DNA of 57,166 nucleotides, from the NCBI GenBank assembly GCA_910592345.1, contig CAJVPI010000088.1, positions 1-57,166 on the forward strand, read 5' to 3'. Below, piece after piece: positions 48,074-57,166 of the stretch; position 1 is the stretch's first letter, and the number at the start of each line of letters is the position of its first letter. Position numbers and translations under genes: made by a program. Below the pieces are notes generated by a model. That model did not search any database. It worked only from the letters and a program-made list of their open reading frames with translations, and was not told the DNA's origin. Source of the DNA: Paraglomus brasilianum (taxonomy: Eukaryota).

Positions 48074-48581
48074 TGTAAGCTTCCAATACATATTTCGGAA
48101 CGGGTAAACGGTTTTCTAGTCTAGGGTATCGAAGCAAATAAATAAGTCGGTTAATCACCCGGCCGATTTATTTGAGACGCCATCCAGAATTCAACGCAAT
48201 ATTCATCCAGCAACTTGACTCGTTTTCGGAAGGTTGATAAAACAGTTGCGTTAATAAATGACGTAACACGAGAATTCCTAAATTAGATTAATATTAAGTG
48301 GATGGTTAGAATGTCGGTGGTTGTAGATTAAAACTTTGATTGTAGTTCTGGCCTGAATGACAGGGTTCGTATCACGAATAGTCATTGTCGTCATTATGAA
48401 ATCCACTATCACTAATAACGATTGGCCAGGATTAGTATATTAAACGTAAGTTCCCCAGTCCAATGTACTTAGTTTTGCCTAATCTGCTGGGAATTAACCA
48501 AATCATGTGGCTCGGAAAATTTCACATAAACAATGTTTGTTATTATTAAAAAATACAGATTCCCACGGGGCAGGTTGTGAA

Positions 48582-49253
48582 ATGCCTTCGACAAGTGCAA
48601 ACTCATCAGAGATACTGAAGCGTATGCGTGATTTCACGACCCATCAATCTACACGAGTGGCTTTGTACAAAGAATTCGAAGAGTACTTAAAATTTTCTTA
48701 TCGGCAGTGTGTCCAAGGGAACGACTCTATCCATTTCTAACTTGTATCAGGTCTTTCGACCAGAATCATCAGGGGAAATTGTCAGATGCTGAATTTGCAT
48801 TGATATGTCAGATAACTACTGATGGCTTTAACGAAGTTTCCCACGACATACGCAATGTTGAGAGCGACATGAATGGACCTCTAAACAGACCCGACTTGGG
48901 CGGATTAATAAGAGACGTGCAAGAGTTGGAAAGGGAGAAGTTGAAACTGGTAAGGGAAAAGTTGAACGAACCCGCTGCTGTATTACGTCATTAGATTTAT
49001 TCCGTTTTGCTTTGATAGACTGTGAATACACAAATATATATGAAACAACAGCTTACGAGTGAACAAGACTTTGACACTTTGATTCAAGATACACGGCATA
49101 GGTAACAAGATTTTGCTGCTGGTTTGGTGGTGTGAGAATCTGAAAGAGCATTGGGGTTAAAAACTATCTCTTCATGATAACAGCCTGACGAAAATACTCG
49201 ACCAGATAAACGAGAAGATGCGTGATGTCCACGAGATTATGGCAGAATTGTGA
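48582..49253 (+). CDS. REX1-B (required for excision 1-B, C19orf60-like) domain protein (~150 aa); exons 48582-48682, 48751-48949, 49019-49101, 49184-49253
   Basis: F...Q..RV.LY.EFEE...ICQITT.GF.EVS..IR.VE...RPDL..LIR.VQ..E.EKLKLT pattern of the REX1-B family. Exon sum 453 nt is open. Confidence 0.75.
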
Positions 49254-49463
49254 ACCTACAACTTTTATTTAAAGTATACATGTCCGAAAGACGCATCAGT
49301 TATAACTTGCCGTATAAGTTACGCAAAAATTAATAAATCTTGTATGGTAACAAACAAGCGGATATCGAGAAGTTAACAAGCCCTAATGTATGTATACTGT
49401 ATATACATATTGCATGCCTAAACACATATAATAACCTGCCGCCCATCTACTTAATTTCGTGGA

Positions 49464-49845
49464 TTACCCAAGGACTGCGAATGCCGCCACGACAATCGCA
49501 TGCGCCAAATTGACAAGAATCGGTTCTTTTGTCAATGACTGTGCACTACTAGGGCTTTGCGTTGGGGATGGGCTGTTCGTGCTGCTGCTCGTGGGACTTA
49601 GCTATTTGTTTTTGAAGCATGTGAGTCAAGTATCGACAAGACATGTTTTGAAAAGAAAACACATACCGATAGGTTAATCGTAGGAGAACTCGGAGACGGA
49701 GTCGCAGCGAGTGCAGCATGCTGAAATATATAAAACGTAGAGTGAGGTTCTGACATCATAGCAAAGACATATTCTCTCTCGCCCAGATGCTTACACATGT
49801 CAGAAATATCATGAATACGAGGAAGATTGTCAATGTTTTCTTCAT
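49464..49845 (-). CDS. Small secreted Ser/Thr/Pro-rich, putatively GPI-anchored protein (80 aa); exons 49845-49795, 49720-49667, 49601-49464
   Basis: MKKTLTIFLVFMIFLTC|HAALAATPSPSSPTINLS|LSPTSSSTNSPSPTQSPSSAQSLTKEPILVNLAHAIVVAAFAVLG*: signal peptide, SP/TP-rich core, hydrophobic C-terminus. Two phase-0 GT-AG introns. Confidence 0.75.
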
Positions 49846-50304
49846 GATTTTTTTTTTTTGACGTTCACAATGAAACTTGTCTTTGCGAATAAACCGCGGT
49901 ATTGCTCACCGCCCACTTATACTAATATTTTACAATGCAGGTGACATCGGTATGTTTTCCCACATTCTTCGCGTTCATTCCCTCGTTGATGGAAGTGACT
50001 ATTATTAGTCATGAATCAATGTGCACCATACACTTTGCTGGTGATTTTTTCAAGTTAGAACTGTAAGTAATCTAATATAGTATCGTCATTGTTAATAACC
50101 CACGTAACTCACATAACTATATTTATCTGACGGCTGTCTATTTATAAGCCATCAACACCATTCTCAAAATATCAATTTGACTTTCTCTTGTTAGTTATCG
50201 CGTGAATAAAAGTTTGTGAATTTTTTCTACTTGATCGCGTGACCTGATCGTGTGATGATCAATAATCTCAAAATTCCACAAAACTTGCTCAAAAAAACTC
50301 AATT

Positions 50305-52088
50305 ATGTATTCTCTGACGTCGCGAAACCTTTTAAGGATTTTTGTTAACAAACGGATACGCTCCCTTGTCCCCACAGAGGCGCCCTATTTAACTTGCCGT
50401 TATTTAATAACTGAAGCACAATCTCCGATATCTCTTTTGGAAACAAATATTCCAGATCCAACAACAACAACAACAACAACAACTACTACTACTACTACTA
50501 CACAGGATACGGAAACTGATAAATATGGTATTTACTACAAAGTTCGCAAGTCACTTGTAAAATACATGTTGTCTTTATTCACAACGATTGACAGAATTTT
50601 CTAGATTTCAAGAAGGCGATATCGTATTGGTAAGAGAACACCATAGAACAAAGCCAAAGATTTTCTTAGTTGGTCCGTTGAAGCCGGGAACAAAAAAGCA
50701 CACATCCCATGGACTATTACCACACGATCGGATTATTGGGATGCCGGTTAGAAGCAAAGTAAAGAAGGCCGACGTAAAAAGTACGATATCAACACGGTAT
50801 TCTATAAAGGATTGTTGGCCGTAAAATTGTTGCAAATATAAGAATCATGTGATTAAATCAGACGTATGAAATGGGGAAAGAATCCATAATCTGAAACCAT
50901 TTCTTCTTGTTTAGAAACGCTTTTCACTATTCAGTTTCCTACACTTGACGAGTGAGTACGAGTATATGACAAAGCACTTAGCGATCATGTATATTAGCAC
51001 ACGTGTTCTTAACATCTGATCTCTCTCACAGGTATGTAGTCTTAAAAAAGCGTATTACTACACCCGTATATCCAAAAGACGCCGCTTCAATTGTACGTAT
51101 GATTAACATATACTTTTTATTCTTCCGCGCGTCACGAGCACATCATCATTAACTTTTTTCTTATTATCTTGCTCCCTTTTTCCTAACACAGGTTTCCCTA
51201 CTAGATCTTCATCCACATGCTAGAGTTCTCGACGCAGGGACTGGAAACGGCTCACTAACCCTTTACCTCGCCCGTGCATTGCATCCATCCGGTCACGTCC
51301 ACTCGGTTGACAAAAGTGCTCTTCATCTTTCCCATGCAAAACATAACGTTGAACGCTTTGCGCGTGGACTCTACCTTCCAACGATTTCATTCTCCCACGG
51401 CAAGCTCTCGTCCGTACTCAACTCCCTCCCTAGCGATGCACCATTATATGATGGCGCTGCTTTGGATATGCCTACTCCATGGTCGGAGCTTGAGAGTGTT
51501 TTTAAGCGATTGAAGAATGACAAATATGTTGTGTGCTATTTGCCGAACATTACTCAAGTATTAGAGTGTATGAAAGAGATAGAAAGAAAGGGGTTAGCGT
51601 TTGCTGTAGAGCAAGTGCTGGAGATTAATTGGAGACCGTGGGATATAAAGCGTACTGTTATTAGAGGAAGTATGCGGGATTCGACTGATGAAAAATTGGT
51701 GGATAAACCGTGGTTGAGGACATCCGAGCATGGTGAGAATGGATCAAGTGAAAAGAGCGTTGAGAATAATGACTCGAGCGCTAACGTTGGGGAAGAAGAA
51801 GAGGTTAAACATGAGCAGTGTCAAAATGTGGTTAAAGAAGGAAATGCCGAATACGAGGAAAACGGTGACCTTGAAGTCGCAACGCCACGCGACCCAGAAA
51901 ATGCTGCTCAAGAGTCACAAGCTGCATCAGTAGTATCGGACGCTAGAGCATGGATCTGTAGACCTGGACATCCTCCCACTGAACATACTGCTTTTTTGCT
52001 TCAATTAAGGAAGAAGGAATATTCTCCTGATAATATCATAGAACTAGAGACGCCGAATAAACAGAATAGGTTTTTGATTTTGCAATGA
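50305..52088 (+). CDS. TRM61: tRNA (adenine-58-N1)-methyltransferase catalytic subunit, TrmI/TRMT61B-like, probably mitochondrial (~467 aa); exons ~50305-50527, 50595-50780, 50915-50951, 51032-51092, 51192-52088
   Basis: Motifs FQEGDIVL, HGLLPHDRIIG, PTLDEYV..KR..TPVYPKD, VLDAGTGNGSLT, DGAALDMPTPW, YLPNITQV, HTAFL. Arg/Leu-rich N-terminus resembles a presequence. First-exon boundary is uncertain. Confidence 0.88.
50461..50502 (+). repeat. (ACA)n/(ACT)n coding microsatellite giving poly-Thr in the TRM61-like N-terminus
   Basis: Seen directly. Confidence 0.9.
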
Positions 52089-53164
52089 AAGATTGTGTAT
52101 AGTTTAGAGTAATTTATGATTATTCGAGAAACTGTCAGCGTCTTTGCATCGAGCTGCAACACGAACTTCAACACAAATGAAGATATAAACAGCCTAGCAT
52201 TTTTGCTTGAGTACGTGTGTCTATCACTGGGAAAAAGTCGACACTTTATTTGTTTACTGAAAAAATGAGAGTATTTTTAATAGTTTGCATGTTTCTCAAT
52301 ACATTCTCTACACATACCTCTTATAGATTTGTCTGAGCCAACTTCTTTTAATTCATGCTTACGTGCGGGTCAATTCTGCGGAAGTTTATTCTATGACTTA
52401 ATTGAGCAGAGCAAAGGAGAACGGCACTTGTGGTGCACTATGGGTGCCTTCTTTGTCCTTGTAACGAAAATTGTGTATTAACAGTAGAGTTAGGGTAACC
52501 GAGGTTTTTTGACATCTTACCCGCTTGGTTGCCCTTCGTCTGAAAGTGCAATAATAATAATCTTCACGTTCAAATTCGGCAAGTTCGTCTCTGACAACCG
52601 GTGAGTCATTTCGCGCAATTTTTAAACATTTGCACCACAAAAGTATCCTAAACTATTTATGGTAGCATTTTAATTTTAATATCCGCGCTGTTGTTATTAT
52701 TATATAAAGTTTAATCTCTTAGTGACTAGAAAATTTATAGTAACTATTTTTAGACATTTATACAACATGCCAGTGGTATAGAAAGAGTTTCACGAGAAAT
52801 TGTAAGACAACAGTGACAAACATAAGAACGTGTTCAAAAAATTGCAAGAGTCTCAAGGAAATGTCCATTTCTCGTGAGATGGAATTTTTTATGGTGACGA
52901 ATCATTGATACACTTTAGATAGGTTAAAGGCAAGTGGGTATATCCTGCTACTGGGGCCAATTATGGTAACGCTTATGAGATATACATCGATGGTGATGCA
53001 ACGAAGACAGATTTACATCAATCTACTTAGAAACCTACCAATATTTGATTGCTAACACCGTGTATTGTTAATATACGCAATTTAATACTTTAATAGAATA
53101 TTGGAATAGTTTATAAGCTTTAGCGATAGCAAAGAACTAATAAAAAGTTTCTTGCCCAGAGATT

Positions 53165-53332
53165 TCAACCATTTCCACCCCCACCGCCATTGTTACAAGT
53201 ACAATATGTCGAAGATCCTGGCAATTCGCAACCACAAGATGAGCAATAGGCAAAACTGCAGTAGCCGTTATTGCACGTTCTTGAAGCTGTCTGCGGATTC
53301 TCGCATTTGCAAGTAGAACTGCCTGCTCCCAT
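53165..53332 (-). CDS. Cys-rich micropeptide (55 aa, 9 Cys) with N-myristoylation-type start
   Basis: MGAGSSTCKCENPQTASRTCNNGYCSFAYCSSCGCELPGSSTYCTCNNGGGGGNG*. An upstream GTATGT...TAG intron (~53411-53348) suggests a spliced 5' UTR. Confidence 0.55.
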   Translation of the reverse strand: MGAGSSTCKCENPQTASRTCNNGYCSFAYCSSCGCELPGSSTYCTCNNGGGGGNG

Positions 53333-53552
53333 TGCTAAGTAATGACTAAAAAACATTTGTTAAAAATTGGAAAAGAGAACCTTAAATCATATAATGCCAA
53401 GAGAGACATACCAAAGAAAACGAGGGAGAGATTGAAAGAAATGAGAAGACGAATTGCAGCAATAAATAACAGAAATGGTGGCGCAGTAACAAAGGTGGTC
53501 TTATCATTTAATAAAACCTTCTTTCCATCTCGTCAAACTGATACGTATACGA

Positions 53553-53586
53553 AACGACACGACACGACACGATACGATACGATACG
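53553..53586 (+). repeat. (ACGAC/ACGAT)n pentanucleotide microsatellite
   Basis: acgacacgacacgacacgatacgatacgatacga seen directly. Confidence 0.9.
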
Positions 53587-54842
53587 AAGCGATATGATAA
53601 TTACCATTTTCTTTTGTCTTTTCAGAAACACAAAGCATCAAAAGAATAAAAAAAGGTATTTTGTATATGGACCACTCGGGACTCGTCACACCCGAGTGGT
53701 CATGAGACTATGCGTTACCAACACAAGTTAACGAGCATTCTCTTCCACGAACAACCTAATTTGGAGCTCGCGCTTTTCCAGAGTCTTTAGCAAAGAGTTC
53801 AAACCACATTTCATATAACAGCGCGCTATTAGACGGCATTGCGTGACGTGATATACTAATTTGTGTGATAATGGAATTGGCGAGTTGGGTGCTCATGGTT
53901 GTCATTAATGTGCAAGCATTTATCATTCAGAAGAAATATTTGGTAAACACAAAGACAGTGAGACAACGTGTAGCAAACCAATCGTTATATATAAGCCACT
54001 GCCGAAAGTCAGGATAGTAAACAAAGTTATTTATGGCAATGGATGGTTATAATAAGATTCGTAACAATGCGGTCATAAAAGTAAATTCATACTATAAATG
54101 TTCATATTAATGTTCAGCCGCAAACATTAAATAATCAAAGCGACCATCATTTCTTTATAGCAAAGTAATTATTTCTCCCCCCCCCCGTTCGATACAAGAT
54201 TTTTATCTAGACGGTTACAATATTAACAATGCTTTCATATGTCCATCTTTATTCTACTAGGGCATATAACCATAATTTGCTCATTTACTCTCACCACGGC
54301 ATAAAGAGTAAACTGGTCCAATATTGCGTATTGTCGATTTGAGTACGGTCAATTTGTTAATATTCGCACAATCACGTTTTGGATTCTCTGAACTATTAAA
54401 TATCAATTTAATCAATAGTATCAAAGATTGCTTACCTCAAAGATAAGCAAGTCCGGCGTTTCGTCAAAAAGTTCCCCATAGCTCTTCTAACTTGCGTTTA
54501 TATTTTGCAGTACTGTATATGCCATTCCATAATCATCGAATCCCAAAGTCAGTATACTGCATAGTAATAGTATTTCGAGTAAACAGTTGTTACAATATTT
54601 AAACACGCGATACGCACTTGTCGATTGCATTGTCTACTCACGAAATAAAAATCAAATGATCGAAACACCCCGTTCATCTGCCCGAGAAGTTACAAAGGCT
54701 GATTTACATGAATCATATGTAAATCTAATACTAATAGTAACCCAAATCAATATTCGGAATAGCATTATTGGGAAGCTCGTGACACAATAAATGTATTGGG
54801 GAGGTTTGAACTGTGTCCTAGTGTTTTTTCTTTATTCAAAAC

Positions 54843-57166
54843 ATGTCGTACGTTCCAGAGAACATTCGTAATCTAGCAATTGACGGCTTGATTCAATTTT
54901 CCTTATCAGATAAATATTGTCAAAAACTTGAGTGGATTCCTTTCTGGCGAATTAACGACATAAAGCCAACTCAAATTGACAACGTTCATTACGGGCGAGC
55001 ATATAACTGTAAGCTAACGTTGGTGTTGCTTGGAAGCGATAAAATATGTACACCGTCGTTTGTGAGTGAGTTTGCTAGAATATATGCACTTCCAACACAC
55101 AAGCACAATAGTAAAAGCGACAACTTTAAAAGATATTCCACGTGGCTTGAATGTCGCAACAAACTTATAATGGGATTCACCAAGTATAAAGATAATTATT
55201 ACATGGTTGCTAAGAGACAGTTTTACCACTGTTACTCTCAATATGGGTTCTGCTCTGCATGTGGAATACTCCGATGTGGTCCCGTGTGGTGCATTTGCGG
55301 ACATAAACAATTATCCAATGGATGGACTAGCAACAACAACCAATTAGATGAGTTTGTTAAGAAATCTCAATTACAAACGAACTCTGCAAATGATGCCTAT
55401 TTGGAATGGATTCCATCTGATTGTGTTGAAGATGGTTGGTGGTGGATATATAATAATAAAGTACGCTTAAATGGCCTACCTACGTCCAATTATGAATGTG
55501 TTAGATTGACTCCGCTTGAGATAACAGACGAAACACATGATTTATATTATGCCGAGGTAAGACATTTACTTATGCGTCATTTTATTAAATAATTGTTGGC
55601 TTATTATTATGTATCGTTCCATTAGCTATGTGATGAGCATCCAGATATTCTTATCAATAATGTTTGGCTTACCATCGGATTTACGTACAATACAACGGAA
55701 AGGAAGTATTATTTAATCAAAGTCGAGAATGGATCATGTCTGGCATGTGCAAAGGAATTAGAACCACGGATAAATGCATTCTGTTTCACATGTAAAGCAC
55801 CAAGACCACTAGATTGGACGACTAGCAACAAGTCTTTGGATTCGGTTATTATGGAATCATGGAAGAATACAAAGAATGAATACGATGCATATATACAATG
55901 GATAGAGTATTCTCTATTAAGAAACATACAAGAGATGACGCTATTACGCCATGGATGCACACATATAGCAGATTGGACAACAACGGATGGATTGACACGA
56001 GTGATGCTCAAAAAGATAGCTGTTGACAAACATGATGATCAATCGTTTGATTTCCGTCAGGTAAGTATTTCACGTGTATTAGTATCGCGCGTTTAAATCG
56101 ATCAGTGTTCTAACCTCGTATTCAATAAATAGCTAATTAAGAAATACCCAGAGATAATAACACCTGATAATATTTGGATAATTGGGATATCTCAAGAGCC
56201 ATCTACCCGAGAATACTATTTAGTGTTCTACCCTGACATACACGCAATAGTGGGCAAATTTATACAAACCAATGAACATGTCAGATATATGCGGTATATT
56301 GACTTTAATCAAATCAAGGAAATTGGATCTGGAGGTTATGGAACAGTCTATACTGCTAAATATGGAAAGTATTTCGAAGAGCACATACCACAAACCGTTG
56401 TACTCAAACGGTTTAAGAATTTTGATGGAATGCCAGAATTATTTATTTCCGAGGTAAGCAATAATTGGTAGTATTAATTAAAGGGATATTGAATCTGACT
56501 CTGTATGTATTATATTTAATAGTTCAGAAATCATGCCAAGTGCACAAACAATGGTTATGGTTTCCTTCAAATTTATGGAGTGATACAAGACCCAGAAACA
56601 AAAGAGTACATGATTGTTATGCAATACGCTAACAATGGTAGTCTTTTGTCTTATTTGGATCAAAATATTAACAAATTGATGTGGAGGGATAAATTACGCC
56701 ATTTGTATAGTATTGCATGGTATCTGGGACAGATTCACGACGTGGGATTAGTGCATTGTGATCTTCATGGCGGAAACATAGTTTTAGATAGTACTACGAC
56801 GCGTAAAAGCATCAACCCATACATATTAATATGCGATCTTGGTTTCTCACGATCAGTGCATTCATGCGAGTCAAATTCAACCATTCGAGGCGTTTTACCT
56901 TTTATTGCACCAGAAGTCTTCCATACCCGCAAATTTACAAAGAAATCAGACGTGTATTCTTTTGGTATTATTATGCATTTGATGGCCACTGGTGAACCAC
57001 CATTTAGAGATAGGCAGTTCGATACAAGTTTAATACGCGAGATTATGGGCGGACTACGACCATCAATGCCTGATTCCGCACCAGAGGAATATAAGAAACT
57101 TGCCGAGCAGTGTTGTGATGCTGATCCTGACAAGCGTCCAGATGCAGAGACAATTCGGGGTGATAT
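54843..57166 (+). CDS. Tyrosine-kinase-like protein kinase of the expanded Glomeromycotina/Endogonales family with repeated N-terminal modules (3' partial); exons 54843-55556, 55626-56060, 56133-56453, 56523->57166
   Basis: Kinase motifs IGSGGYGTVY, VVLK, HCDLHGGN, CDLG, RGVLPFIAPE, KSDVYSFG, GLRP, DPDKRP. Upstream LEWIP / WTSxN..LD modules and CxxC pairs. Phase-0 GT-AG introns. Confidence 0.9.

Noticed and set aside
52398..53030. Short ORFs with a GTAAGA...AAG intron-like signal
   Set aside because: No coherent start-to-stop model or recognisable domain.

Overview
Intron-containing (GT-AG, ~65-110 bp introns) fungal genomic DNA. It is most likely an early-diverging Mucoromycota fungus (Endogonales/Glomeromycotina-like; inferred from the kinase family at the right end and the endobacterial-looking insert at the left). 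Two giant convergent paralogues dominate the window: gene A (9345-28134, +, 18 exons, ~5844 aa) and gene B (29358-45586, -, 15 exons, ~5062 aa). Both have RNF213/mysterin architecture: disordered acidic N-arm, CBM20-like domain, multi-AAA+ core and an RZ-type zinc finger. Neither has a recognisable RING domain. Head-to-head with gene B, 490 bp away, is a 4-exon gene encoding an unusual RING-HC + ubiquitin-like + TerD fusion. Together these look like a candidate fungal ubiquitin-based cell-autonomous defence locus. Left flank: 3' end of a Nik1/Os-1 hybrid histidine kinase, an orphan Ubp14 exon, a ~350-bp insert of two bacterial-like ORF fragments resembling Mycoplasma-related endobacteria, an integrase relic and AT-rich decayed DNA. 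Right flank: REX1-B-like gene, small GPI-type S/T/P-rich gene, TRM61-type tRNA m1A methyltransferase, a Cys-rich MG-start micropeptide and a modular TKL-type kinase. Gene models were built by hand from splice signals and frame continuity. Family assignments rest on motif recognition, not database searches.
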